DNA of 64,000 nt, taken from assembly GCF_018350175.1 (NCBI RefSeq), contig NC_058368.1, forward strand, positions 55,554,001-55,618,000, written 5' to 3'. The DNA is from Felis catus (lineage: Eukaryota). The notes under the pieces are model-generated. The model saw nothing but the letters and a program-made list of their open reading frames with translations, had not been told where the DNA came from and searched no databases. The position numbers were made by a program, and so were the translations under genes. Below are positions 50,832 to 64,000 of this stretch, piece by piece (positions within the stretch are counted from its first letter, which is position 1; each line of letters starts with the position of its first letter).

Positions 50832-52030
50832 TTTTATTTATCTATTTTTCAAGTTTCTATTAAAATTCTACTTAGTTAACATATAGTGTAATGCTAGTTT
50901 CAGGAGTAGAATTTAGTGATTCATCACTTACATATAGCACACAGTGCTCATCAAAACAAGTGCCCTCCTTAATACCAATCACCTTTTAACCCATTCACCT
51001 GTCCACCTCCCTTTTAGCAATCTTCGGATGTCCTTTGTAGTTAAGAGTGTTTTATGGCTTGCCTCTCTCTTTTTTTTCCCACTCTGTTCATCTTTGTTTC
51101 TTAAATACCACATATGAGTGGAATCATTTGGTATTTGTCTTTCTCTCACTGTCTTATTTCACTTAGCATAATATACTCTAGCCATATCATTGCAAATGGC
51201 AAGATTTCATTCTCTTTTATGGCTGAATAATAGTCCATTGTATGTAGGGGTGCCTGGGTGGCTCAGTCGGTTGGGCGTCCGACTTCAGCTCAGGTCACGA
51301 TCTCGCCGTCCGTGAGTTCGAGCCCTGCGTCGGGCTCTGGGCTGATGGCTCAGAGCCTGGAGCCTGCTTCCGATTCTGTGTCTCCCTCTCTCTCTGCCCC
51401 TCCCCCATTCATGCTCTGTCTCTCTCTGTCTCAAAAATAATAAAACGTTAAAAAAAAATTAAAAAAAATAGTCCATTGTATGTATATACCACAACTTCTT
51501 TATCAGTTCGTTAGTCTATGGACATTTGGGCTCTTTCCATAATTTGGCCATTGTTGATAATGCTGCCATAAACAACAGGATGCATGTATCCTTTTGAGTC
51601 ACTATTTTTGTATTCTTTGAGTAACTACCTAGTAGTACAATTGCTGGGTCCTAGGGTAGTTCTATATTTAACTTTGTGAGGAACCTCCATAGTGTAATTT
51701 CAGAGTGGCTGCACCAATTTGCATTCCCACCAACAGTGTAAGAGGGTTTCTCTTTCTTCACATCCTCACCAACATCTGTTGTTTCCTAGGTTAATTTTAG
51801 CCGTTCTAACAGGTATGAGGTGATATCTCACTATAGTTTTGGTTTGTATTTCTCTGATGATGAATGATGTTGAGCATCTTTTCAGGTGTCTGTTAGTCAT
51901 CTGAACGTCCTCTTTGGAAAAAAAAAATCTATTCATATCTTCTCCTATTTCTTAACTGGATTATTTATTCTTTGGATTTTGAGTTTGGTAAGTTTTTGAT
52001 AGATTTTTGGATACTAGCCCTTTATCAGAC
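50832..52030 (-). mobile_element. Carnivore LINE-1 3' fragment, interrupted by a SINE
   Basis: Closely resembles the L1 at 41560-42922 (agtggctgcaccaatttgcattcccaccaacagtg, ggatactagcccttt) but more diverged. Confidence 0.92.
51247..51466 (+). mobile_element. Feline SINE inside L1
   Basis: Perfect 18-bp TSD AATAGTCCATTGTATGTA at 51229 and 51467. Confidence 0.98.
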
Positions 52031-52188
52031 AGTAAAGATTTACTCACCTGTCCAGTAGTTAAGAGATGATGGAACCCAGGCAGATGAAGGTAAGTTTTAG
52101 AGTGTTGATAGCCTCTAGACTTTATCCAGTTTTATAGTATGTGGCTGAGAGGCCAAGTATGCCTTATATCAGCCTCCAGAGGCTATTT

Positions 52189-52429
52189 CAGTGTTTTTAA
52201 ACCTCAGCACTATTTACATTTTGGGCCAGATAATTCTTTGTTGTAGAGAAAATTCTATGATATGCAGGGTGTTCAGCACCATAACCCATCCTCTATCCAC
52301 TAGATTCCCGTATCACTTTCCCCACTGTGGCAACCAGATTGCCTACACACATTGCCAAATGTTCCCTGGGTTTGTGGGTTGGAAGCAAGAAATCACTCTT
52401 GACAGCCCCCCTGCTCATTGGAACTCCTG
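52189..52429. mobile_element. hAT MITE (MER20-like)
   Basis: cagtgtttttaaacctcagcactatttacattttgggccagataattctttgttgt...cattgccaaatgttccctggg; flanks ggctattt / ggctagag. Confidence 0.8.
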
Positions 52430-52546
52430 GGCTAGAGGGAAAGGTGTTGGAGTTCAGTCTGGCAAAAGAAGGGGCACTAGTGTAATGTCACAACCAGGTA
52501 ATTGACATTGATACAATCGATTATTCAGGTCTCCCAGTTTTACTTG

Positions 52547-52550
<4 letters not shown>

Positions 52551-52598
<48 letters not shown>
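52551..52598. repeat. (GT)24 microsatellite
   Basis: Read directly from the sequence. Confidence 0.97.
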
Positions 52599-52600
<2 letters not shown>

Positions 52601-53186
52601 TGAGTTCTGTACTATTTCAAAAACACATATGTAGTCATGTATCCACCACTACAGTCAGTATAAATTACTGTCACCACACAGATTCCTACTGTTGACCTTT
52701 TATATTTACCTCTATCTGGTTCTCCTCCCTAATCTCATTGCTCACCCCTGACAATGCTAATTTGTTCTTCGTTTCTATAATTTTGAAATTTCAAGAATGT
52801 TATAAAAATGGAATCATACAGTGTGTCACTTTTTGACATTGGCTTTCTTTACTCATCATAATTTCCTCAGATCATAATACAAGTTCCTGTGTATTATCAC
52901 TAGTTCATTCCTTTTTATTGCTTAGTATTTCATTGTATAAAGTCCTAGTTTGTTTAACCACTCAGTACTCAAACGATATTTGGTGCATTTCAAGTTTGAT
53001 ATTATTAAGTATATGTGTGCTGGGACATAAGGAAATTTTATAAGAGCCTCAAAACCATTTTACAGGGTGACTGTGCTGTTTTACTTTCCCAGCAATATGA
53101 TTTAATTGCCTCTGCTACCTCAACAACATTTGATATTGTTACTATTTTTATTTTGGTCACTCTGGTTTTAATTTGTATTTCTGTAT

Positions 53187-53214
53187 GGGGCACCCGGGTG
53201 GCTCAGTTGGTTAA
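53187..53214 (+). mobile_element. Isolated SINE 5' head (3'-truncated, tailless)
   Basis: GGGGCACCCGGGTGGCTCAGTTGGTTAA between two copies of TTAATTTGTATTTCTGT. Confidence 0.85.
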
Positions 53215-56021
53215 TTTGTATTTCTGTCATCATAATGATGTTGAACATTGTTTCATGTACTTATTTGCCAGCTCTGAATCCTCTATTTTGAAATGACTAT
53301 GTGTCTTAAATTTTTCTAATTTTATTATTTTTCTTGAGTTGAAACTTTTTAATATACTCTAAAAACTAGTCATTTGTCAGTATTTTGTTTGAAAATATAT
53401 TCCATTCTTTAACATGTTTCATTCTCTTAGCAGGATCTTTTGCAGGCTAAAATTTTTAAATTTTGATAAGGTCCAATGTATTATGTATTATGCTTTGGTA
53501 TCAAGTTCTAAAACTCTTTTCCTAGGCCTAGAGCCTTGAAGACTCTCACCTATGATGGTTTGTTTGGTTTTCTAAAGATACTGTACTTTTGTATTTTGTA
53601 GTTAAATATATGACCCTATTTATTTAAATTTTGTATGAGTTAAATGGTTTAAAGGTGAATTTTTTTTCTTCCTTTTATCTGTCTACCTAGCCTATGGATG
53701 CCCAGTTTCTCGAACACTGTTGAAAAAGCTATTCTTTATCAATTGAAATAGTTTTGCAACTTTGTCAAAAAAAAAAAAAAGTTGGGACCTCTTTGTGTGG
53801 GTCTGTTTCTAAAGTCTGTATTCTGTTCCATGTTCAGTGTGTCTGTCCTTCTGTCTTATCAAAGTCTTGCTTTAATACTGAATAATTTCCTCACTTTCTT
53901 CTTTGACAAGAATGTTTTAGCCATTTAGAACAAGCATGTCTGTGTGTATAAAAAAATGTGGTCTTTAGTAGAAATGAAATCTACAGGTTAGTTTAGGATG
54001 AAATGTCAGTTAGATACTTTTGGTTGATTGTGTTGTTCAGATCTCTATATCCATGATGATTTTTTCTTCTGTCCATTCTATAAATTATGTTAAAGTTCCC
54101 ACCTATAATACTGGGTTATCTATTTTGCCTTTTATACTATCCATTTTTTCTTCATGTATATTTTCTTGGTATGTTGACTTACAAGATTCTTACGTATTAC
54201 TGGTAAATTGATCTCAGTACATAATGCCCTTTTTGCCTGGAGTGATTTTCTTTGCTCTGAATTCTGTTTTAATATTGAAGCCACTCCTGTTTTCCTTATT
54301 TTTTTCTAAGTTAAAGTTTGCATGGTGTATCTTTTTATTTCTCTTCTTTTACTTTCGATCTACCTATGTTGTTGAATTTTAAGTGAGTTTCTTGTAAAAA
54401 GCATGTAGTTGGGCAGTGCTTTTTGTTTTGGGTTTTGTTTTGAAATCCATTTGGCCGTTTTCTGCCTTTGGTATGTTATGACTACTTCCACTTAAGGTAA
54501 TATTGTTATATTAGAGGTTAAATATGCTATTTTATGTAGGTGTTTCTGTTTGTTCATTCCACTTTTCTGATCTGTTTTTCTTTTCTTTGGATTACTTGAA
54601 TCTATTTTAGGATCTCATCTTGATATACTTTAGTATTTCTGAATGCATCTCTTTATAAAATTTTCTTAGTGGTTGAAAGTATTTAAAATTTAAAACTCTC
54701 TGGGATACCCAGTATAATCTGTCTTTATTTTTTATGGATGAAAAGATTGATGATATGTGCTTGTTTTGTAAGGTTATACAAACTGGGAGATGTGCCTGAA
54801 AGTTTTTGGACCCGTTTATGACTGCTTGTGCTTTGTTCTATATTTCTGCTCTATCCTTTTTTTTTTAAATTTAAGCCTTATATGCATATATTTATGAATA
54901 GGATAATTAAACCAAACCTTGATATGATAGTTTAAGTGATATTTATTTACTTATTTATTTTTACAGTGGTGGAATACTATGGTGACAAAGTTACTTCTAA
55001 GCCATTGCTGATGAGAGGTCACTCAAGCACAGTGACCACTTATATGAGAAAAATCACATAAATGACTTGAAGATCAAAGATGGGTAGAAATTTAATGGGT
55101 CAAAAGGTAATATTTTGGTAGTGAGAAAGCCAAAACTGAAAGTAATTAAAGACTAACTTGAGACTGCCAGAGTACTGAGTTACACCTGGTAATCAAACAG
55201 GTAGAAGGGAAGAATATAAAGCCAAAAGGTGGTTGGGAAGATGTGCTATGAGTGAAAGTAACTCCTTCCTACAGATATTGCCAAAAAGAATTGCACAGTT
55301 TCAGTGGGAGAGAATCAGGGGCCTCTTTAAACATCATATGTTGATTCCTTATAGAGGAGCTATTAAAATTAATTTTACACATGGGATACTAATGACCTCT
55401 TGTTTTGCGTTAGACACTGTGGATAGAAAGGTATGTTTGGTATTACTCGAGACACTTGGATAGCTGCAGCTTTGAAGAAATGAGGATAGATAAATAAACT
55501 CTCAATATGCCTGTATGAGTAAAGGCAAAAGTGTGTAACATATCCTGAAAAGGAGAATTGTCATTTTCCACCTATAACTTTCAAATGCAATCCTCCTTCC
55601 GAGGTTGCTGAATATTAAAAATGCAAGTAACTTTGGATTGTCCATATAATTACACTAAGTTTCTTTCAGATCCTTTAATCCAAGTTATGATTGATGATGT
55701 AATAAAAAGGGTTCCAACTGTAAAGACTTCCTATGTGACTAATGTTGGGAGAAGAGGATAATGTGAAATAATCTGTCATGGTCCTCCTGTCTTAGCTTTC
55801 CCAAAGTGGGGTTGCATAGTAAGAAAAAAGTTAGTATTCTTTCAAATTAAAAGAAGCAATAAAAATAAAAGTGGTTAAAAAACTTTGGAAAGTTAAGTGT
55901 TGCAACTGTTGAGATATTTCATAAAATATAGTATAAAAATTGAGGAAATAAATAGAGTATTTACTAAATCTGTGAAACCAACCAACTAATGCCAGGTTCT
56001 CATTTTGAAATCAGCCATTCA

Positions 56022-56236
56022 GGGGGTGCCTGGGTGGCTCAGTCGGTAAAGTGTCGGACTTTGGCTCAGGTCATGATCTCTCAGTCCATGAGTTCGAGCC
56101 CCACATTGGGCTCTGTGCTGACAGCTCAAAGCCTGGACCCCCCCTTCAGATTCTGTGTCTCCCTCTCTCTATGGCCCTCCCCCATTCACACTCTGTCTCT
56201 CAAAAATGAATAAATGTAAAAAAATTGAAAAGAAAA
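56022..56236 (+). mobile_element. Feline SINE
   Basis: Head gggggtgcctgggtggctcagtcgg; A-rich tail. Confidence 0.95.
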
Positions 56237-56389
56237 ATCAACCAGAGACTCATTGACTCCAGTGAACAGGTTAAGACTTATCCATCAAAAATTTAGTAAC
56301 TACTCCATTTATTTTCTCAATTTTTGTGTATTTTAATGTTTCATCAACTCCTCAAACAACAGATTTGCTCAGTTTATCCTAGCCTTGTG

Positions 56390-56716
56390 AAATACATACA
56401 TAAATATATTCCTTTATATGTACTATAAATGTATATACACCATAGTAGTATATATATGCTTATTCCTACCTGCTTCTCCCTCTATACACACGTCTACACA
56501 AATATAGTATATACATGTATAGATTTATACATGTATATATAAATGTATACATGTATATATAAATTTATACATATATAAATCTATACATGTGTATATAGTG
56601 TACTTATTTATATATACTATATATATACAAGTGTATTATATATATATATGTATACACACATACATACATACACACACTATAGTATATACATGTATATATA
56701 GTATATAGTGTCTATA
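56390..56716. repeat. TA/CA-rich low-complexity region with internal inverted repeats
   Basis: Read directly; includes two tandem 20-bp units tatacatgtatatataaat(g/t). Confidence 0.85.
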
Positions 56717-56931
56717 GGATACCACCAAAGATGAAGTAACTAGGGAATCAGGTTTTTAGGTCCTACCCTCAAGAGACCCAAGGTAATTTTTATCACAATG
56801 AGTAAAATGCCCTGAGGATGGAGAAAATACTTAACCAGACTGCTGAACAGTATGTGCAACTGTTTGCCATGCCCTACATTGTTTGTGAACAAGAATAGAA
56901 ATTAAATGCAGACATGCACTGCCTATTTGAA

Positions 56932-57437
56932 CAGAATATTTTCAGTTTGATGTACTCTGTTACTAATTTTTTTTCTTTTGTTGCTTGTGCTTTTAGTGTC
57001 ATATCTAAAAAAATAATTGTCAAGACTAATGTCAAGAAGATTTTTCTCTATGTTTTCTTCAGAAGTTTTAGGGTTTCAACTCTTGTGTAAGTCTTTAGTC
57101 TTTTTTGAGTTACTTTTGTGAGTGGTGTGAGTTAGGGGTTCAGTTTAATTCTTTTGCATGTAGTTATGCTGGTTTTCCAACACTATTAAATAGAGTGTTC
57201 TGTTCCCATTGAGTATTCTCAAATATTAGTTGGCCATATATTTAGGGGTATATTTCTGGACTCTTGATTATTTTCCATTGGTCTCTGTATCTGATTTTAT
57301 GCTAGTACCTTACTATTTTGATTACTATAGCTTTGTAATACAGTTTGAAATTAGGAAGTATGATACCTCCAACTTTGATCTTTCTCAAGATTGCTCAGGA
57401 TATTTGGGAACTTCTATGGTTCATTACAGATTTTAGG
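56932..57437 (-). mobile_element. LINE-1 ORF2-region fragment (L1MA-like)
   Basis: ttttgttgcttgtgcttttagtgtcatatctaa, tttgattactatagctttgtaata, tgatacctccaactttg. Confidence 0.8.
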
Positions 57438-58679
57438 ACTCAAAATTTGGTGTCTATCATTCATATGCAACTCATTGATTTTTAGTAAACATGTGCCTTT
57501 CTAGTCAATTTTGAATATTTAGTAATATTTAACATATTTTTGAGAATATATCATTTTCTCTATATTCTTTTCCTACTTCTGTATTCTGCTTCTATATTCT
57601 TTTCCTATATTCTTGTTTTGTTCATTTAGCATTCTTCCTGAGATTCATCTCAATTGATGTATTCTTCTTATATATAATCCATATGCATGAATATAGCTGA
57701 AATTATTTATCCTTCATCTGATGGAAATTTATGTTCAGATTTTTTTCTCTAATAAAGAATGTTGCTATAAATATTTTCTCTCTTTGTCTCTTTTTCTTCC
57801 GGAGAACATAACTAGAAGTAAGGTATACTAGATTTTTCTCATTTGGCTTTCCAAAATGTTTTTAACAATTTCAAAATAGTATGTAAGCAATTGTGTGTTT
57901 CTGCAACCTGCTTTGCAGACTGTTGGTAATTTTTGTCAATCTGATAGATGTGCATTCATACTTCACTGTGATTTTAATTTGCATCTTCCCAATTTTTTCC
58001 CTCTTAAGGTTAAGCATTTTCATATTCATTGCCTATTTCAATTTTATTATCTCTTAACTATCTGTTCATGTCCTCTGACCATTTTTCTATTAAAGTGTTG
58101 AATCTTTTCTTGTTGATATAGTACAGTTTGATATATACTCTTGAGATTAATCCTTTGCTCATAACATGAATAACAGGTATAATACTCAGTTTAGGCTTCA
58201 TTTTATCCCAGTTTTCTGTTATTTTTAATGCACAACAATTTAGGTTTAATGTTGAATTTAGTAGTCAGTCATAAACCATTCCTTAATGTGATTTGATTTT
58301 CTTATGAATAGGAATAAATACAAACATGAAAATAAGATAAAAGTAATATTTCAACATACTATATGAACTTCTTGTAAAAGAGGTTTTATAACTACCTAGC
58401 TTTTGAGGGGTTGACCTAACAAAGAATCTGCACTTTGTGGTTCAACTTGACTCAAACAAGGGCAAGATTTACTGGTATGTTTCTACCATTTTCTCCCCAG
58501 AATTTGAACACTGAAGAATACCTTGCAAACTGTCTTAAGAAAATAACATTTTATTTTCCCATATTTATATCCAGATAATACTCAAATGTATTTATAGTTC
58601 AAGTCACCCATAAATAGGAATGGAGGTAGCTTTCATTGAAGTGATCTACTCCTTCTGATATTCATTGAGGAAAATCTTA

Positions 58680-58880
58680 GGGGCACCTGGGTGGTTCAGT
58701 CGGGTAAGTTTCTGACTTGATTTTGGATCAGATCATGATCTCACGGTTCATGAGTTTGAGTGCCTCATCGGGCTCTGCATTGACGGTGCAGAGCCTGCTT
58801 GAAACTCTCTCTCTCCCTCTCTCTGCTTCTCCCCAGCTAGCGCTGTTTCTTTCAAAATAAATAGATAAATAAACTTCAAA
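58680..58880 (+). mobile_element. Carnivore SINE
   Basis: Head ggggcacctgggtggttcagtcgg; aaataaatagataaataaac tail. Confidence 0.92.
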
Positions 58881-60984
58881 GAAAGTTTATAAGACAGATA
58901 AAGCTGATGGCATTAAGATGCAAATGAAATAAAAAAGAATGAAGAAAATATGTAAGCGGAGAGAATTTGTGAAACCACTGTAAAATCAGAAGGTGGTTAG
59001 ACCTTTTTATTTATTCATATACATACACATACACAAATATATAAATGTGTATGTATATGTATGTGGGCATATATATATTCATACATATTTTATATCGATA
59101 GATAAAATTGCATACATAGTGTGGAATTTAATCAGTTGAAATATTCTTTAAGATAAAGTTTTATATTTTATTCAATTTCTATTTTCTATAAAATATTATA
59201 GCAATTAAATGAAATATTCAAATAGCCAAAGAAGTAAAATTAACTGACTTTATCCTTCTCCATCAGTTAGGTGACTAGGGAATATGTTCATACTCTCAAG
59301 GCATTTACATATAGAAATATATTATTTTTGTATTCCTTGATGAAACTTTTAGAAGTTATTTCTCTTATAAAAACATGAAGGTGATCTATGAACATTAAAC
59401 ATCATGACTAAATACCTCAAAGTATATTTAGAATAAAAATGGATATTGCATTTTTTAAATTCATGAATAAAATAAGATTTCTTTGAATGGAACAAAAGGG
59501 GGAAAATGAAGGAGGTTAATAAAATATGCATTATTATATTACCAATATCTGAAATACATCTAATGATATTCAGGCTCTAAACTTGGGCCGTGTCCAGAAA
59601 CACTTGTGGGTCTAATTAGTTTTTACTGTGTTAAGAATATACAATTTCTTAATATTGAAATTGTTCCTTTATCTATAGTAATATATATGATTAGGAAGGA
59701 GCAAAACAATATGGGTTGATGAAGCAATTCCCTTCCCTTCAAAACCTGCTTTGCCTGTGTCTGTGTGTGCATTTATATTTATGCTTATAAGTTGACTTAA
59801 TGTGATGTATGGAATCTTTATTTGACACATGAATATAAGGACATTGTTATTTCTATAATACATGTATTCTGATGTCTTGAAACTGCTTATTCATAAAGGG
59901 TATGCAGTGCCCTTTTTGTAGCATTATCCCAAGCTTCATTGTTTATAAGTTAGAGAAATTGTAAGTAAAAATGGTTTTTAGGTCATAAGAAAAGTTTCAT
60001 TTTATCACATTTCTATTGTCTAGCTTGGTCATTCAGTTCAGCATCAAAATTAGCTCATTCATGATATTTGATTAACTCCAGAGGTCTAAGTGGCTTTACT
60101 TTAAGAAAATATAACTTTATGATTATGACTTAAAGATATTAAAGGATCTAAAGAAAGTTAAAAGAGGAGTTTCAGAAATGTTTTGAGTTATAAGTGAGAG
60201 TCAAAATGTATATCTTTCCAAATTAGCAGCTTCACATCTACTAACACTCAAGCTTTGGCATGACTGATGTTCACAATTTTGATTCTAGTATTAGGAGGGT
60301 ACTCATTTTAAGATTTGGCCATGTCATAGCAGTTCACTGCTTGAACTTCTCTGTATTGCCAAGGAAGTAGGATGGAGTACCATTGTCCAGGTTTTCATCA
60401 TTCATCCACTCCACTTCCCAGCAGAGATTGCTAGTACTCTTAGTTGAAAAAGTGGGATAAGGATCTAGTTGCACAAACATTAACTAACCACTCCATTCCG
60501 TTGCCTCATCTGGTCTCTGCTTTTCATAACTGCTGTAGATCTCTGAGGTCTGCTTCATCTGGAATGTTGGACAGAACCCTTTCTGCTACACTCTAAACAT
60601 AATTTTATTTAATATAAGGTACAAACGCTTAGATAATTTATGATATTAAACAAAGTAAAAGTAAATCCTAAACCAGGAAGTTAGATGTGAGATGCCTCTT
60701 TAGATTTCAGTATGATGCCTATGAATTGGGAGTATTCACAGATTTTTCCAACAGTGCACTGATATTGGCATGACTAAATAGCTCTTAAAATTGATACTTT
60801 TTACATAGAAATATTTCAGCTTTTGTAAAAAACATGGTAATAATGTGACTTTTTAAAATTAATGTTGTTAAAACCTGTATAAAAAGAAAATGTCCACAAA
60901 TTTTCATTTAGAATTCAGGAAAGTGTCTTTAGCAAAAATGTATTTCCTTCTCATTTTCACTCTTCCTTTTCTTCACAACAGATC

Positions 60985-61425
60985 TGTTTTAGCTTAATTG
61001 TATTCCTTTAAAGGTATATTGAATCCTAAATCCCCAGTTCACCAGAATGTGACTGCTTTTGAGCATAGAGTTATTGCAGACATAATTAGTTATGATGTCA
61101 TGTTGGAGAAGGGTGGGCCCTTAATGCAATATGACTGGTTCTTCTAAGAAAAGAGAAATTTGAACACAAAGACAAAAGGAAGACAGCCATGTGAAGACAG
61201 AGGTAGAGGTGGAATTTATACTGCTGTAGTCAAGGAATGTCTGGGGCTAACAGAAGCTACGAGAGACAAGGAAAGATCTTCCCCTAGAGGTTTTTAGAGC
61301 GTATTTGGCCTTCATAACACTTTGATCTTAGACTTCTAGACTCTAGAACTGTGAAGCTGACATTTTTGTTGCTTTAAGCCATCCACTTTGTGATACTTTG
61401 TTATGACAGCCCTCAAACTAATTTA
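60985..61425 (+). mobile_element. MaLR solo LTR (MLT1B-like)
   Basis: cagaatgtgact...agggtgggcccttaatgcaatatgactgg...gccatgtgaagacagagg...tttgttatgacagccct. Confidence 0.85.
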
Positions 61426-63561
61426 GCAACTCAACTCTGTCTCTCCCTCCTTAAAAGTTACTCTATGTAGAAAAAAGAAAACCTATCACTTTTCTTTATA
61501 CTATATCAATGAATACTTATCCCTGGAGGTAAGAATAAATGTGTCTCCAACAGGATGGCTAAAGGGAGAAATGTTGATTGTAGAATTAAGGAGGGCACTC
61601 TAAAAATGATACAAATAATCTAGTCTCATTCAAATGATTACATTAATATTTTCTTGGCTTTCAATGTAATAGAAAGGCTTCTGACCACATATATGGCTAT
61701 TAGAGCAATGACATAATACTATTATTAAAGTCTACCAAAATATATATAGGCAATGTTCCAAACCTTTATACTGATTGCAAAATGAGTTTATAGCAAGCAT
61801 TTTGGATTTCTAACTTGCATGGATTTATCACATTTGAGGATAAGATGGTAACTCATTGACTGTTTCTTAGGGTCTCCTTCAATTATTTATTATGTCTCCA
61901 TCTCAGCTGATGCAAAGGCATAAGAATCTTTTTCATCAAATCCTAGATCTATCACAGCAGCACATCTCCTGTCTTTCTCCATATTACCAATCTTGCAGAA
62001 GCCTCTAACTATCCTGCTATGAATCAAGAAACTAATACCCAGGAGTAATTCTTCTTTTCTCAACTGTCAGGAAAGATATCAGTTGATGGAACAATAGCTA
62101 AAACATTCCCTGTCTATCTTTGAAACAGGTGAAACAACCCATGGTTTCCTTCATGTTTACTGCTGTGTTAATCTGTTCGAAAAAGCCCAGTTGCCTTGAT
62201 AAGTAGATATTGTCTACCCATGTAAAAATTCACAAATACATGTAAAAAAAAAATACAGATCCTGTGAGAAGACAGTGCTTACTGTTTCCTCATGTGACAG
62301 TACGTTTTGTAAACATTATTTCAGGCTAAATGCCACAATTTGCCTCACATAGATAACACAGGAAAGCACGTATAAATCATAAGTCCTACTAGATATTTTG
62401 TAGTGTGCATTTGTTAGTGTTCATTTGAATCAAACAAGGGAGAAATATAAATTCCCTTTCTATCTGTACAGTAACACATTACCCTCCTAAAAGTATATGT
62501 ATTTTAGCATGAAAGTACTATTTATTACATAGTTGAACCATATTTATTTAAAAATATTTCCCTGAATTTTTATCTTTTCTTTGTTCCACATTAGCCATTT
62601 CAATAGTGGTATAGTTGGACACTATTTTAGTATAATAAGTGTTTACTCATCTTGATTTCTCGACGGTAAATGTTCAATTTTTGTTCTTTTCTGTCTTCCA
62701 GAACAACAGTTAGCTAACATTTTGAAATGCACAATGTAGCAATCACATAGTTTAACATTTTCTAGCAGAAAGATCAAGTGACACACTGCTTATACTAAAT
62801 ATATAGATTTCTTTCCTATGCTATTCAGCATGAAAACTCTTAAAAGTGGGATAAATGATAAGAACACTTCATTGTCAATTGGGAGAATTTTTCATGTCTT
62901 TTAAATCACAGTGCTCCTTAATAATGGCACTGAATTTTAGAAGTTTTGTAATTAATTCTTATGTTACTGTCACCTAAGTGTTTCACCTTGTTCAAGATAA
63001 ATATTAATAGGAAATAAATTAGCTCTTTAAGTCTTTAGTCTGTAGGCATAATCTCTGTTTTAATTAAACAACAAGTACATATTAAAGGAATTAAATTATA
63101 TCAATTACAATTTGATATAATAAATATATATGTAAATAATATAAATATGTAAATAAATAAATATAAATGTAAGAAGATGAAATATGCAGATACTTAACTA
63201 AGTATCACAGTATAATACAATTGATCAGACAGGAAAATTGAAAGGTTTTTTTAAGTTTGCATTTTAATATTGACATCCTTTGTATTTATATACTGCATAT
63301 TAGCCATAATCTTTAAGTAGAAGGAAGTTATTTGTAATGGAACCTCCAATCTTGTTTTGTTAATACCTAAGCCATGGCCAGTGCTAATTGTTAAAAAAAA
63401 AATACAGGGTCTGTAAGTCTATGTGTTAGGCAATGAATCTGGAAACTTCTGGAAAATGCACTTGAATTCAAGAGGTTAGTCTGTAGTTCTGCCTCTGGCT
63501 TTAATAGGTATAAAATAAGAAAAAATGAATACTAGAGTGGCTAAGTACAAATGCTCAGTAC

Positions 63562-63772
63562 TTTACTTACTTTATTCATTTATTTAATTTCTGAGAGAGA
63601 ACACTGGTGCAGGGGAGAGACACAGAGAGAGGGTGACAGAGGATCCAAAGCGGGCTGTGTGCTGACAGCAGACAGACCCATGCAGGGCTTGAACTCTGAA
63701 CTCAGGAACCACAGGATCGTGACCTAAGCCAACGTCCAATGCTTAACTGACTGAGCCACCCAGGGGCACCCC
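63562..63772 (-). mobile_element. Carnivore SINE
   Basis: Reverse head gactgagccacccaggggcacccc. Confidence 0.9.
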
Positions 63773-64000
63773 ACCCCCTCCTCACTCTAATTTAAAATCA
63801 AAGTTCTGTGTAACAACTTGAAAGTTAGCTGTTGTGTGAAGCCCCAGCAGTCTGGAGACCTTGTTGTGAACATAAGAATAAGAAGCAGAAAGTACTTGCA
63901 TTCATCAAAGCCTAAACTTCTGCTAACCTGAACATCTGTTCATTTTGAATCTGGCCTTCATTGGTGCTCATTCACTTCCTTTTGCTGGTAATCTAGCAAA

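Larger units (their letters stand above)
52480..54680 (-). mobile_element. Old LINE-1 (L1MC-like) fragments
   Basis: aatggaatcatacagt, aatgatgttgaacattgtttcatgtacttatttgcc, gtttgcatggtgtatcttttt. Confidence 0.7.

Noticed and set aside
4903..56213. Recurring ORFs such as MAQSVK...SVLTAQSLEPASDSVSPSL and GAPGWRSRLSVRLQPGHDL
   Set aside because: Translations of SINE copies, not a gene family.

Overview
Mammalian, AT-rich, repeat-dense genomic DNA, almost certainly from a felid: about 30 tRNA-derived carnivore SINEs of the feline SINEC_Fc type and a young feline-type LINE-1 3' fragment. It looks intronic or intergenic. I found no recognisable intact cellular CDS, rRNA or true tRNA gene; nearly all supplied ORFs come from SINEs, L1 or microsatellites, and the only protein I recognise is the L1 ORF2p C-terminus (41818-42922, minus, split by a SINE). 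Older repeats include L1M fragments, MaLR/ERVL LTRs, L2, MIR and hAT MITEs; subfamily names are recalled from consensus motifs, not from a database search. Most notable: an unidentified GC/CpG-rich retrocopy-like island (212-1110); a 188-bp fold-back with perfect 35-bp arms (34407-34594); a 'tailless' 28-nt SINE head between 17-bp direct repeats (53168-53227); a SINE>L1>SINE nest resolved by TSDs (41360-42940); and a candidate cassette exon (55275-55430). I see no support for a new multi-gene biological system here.
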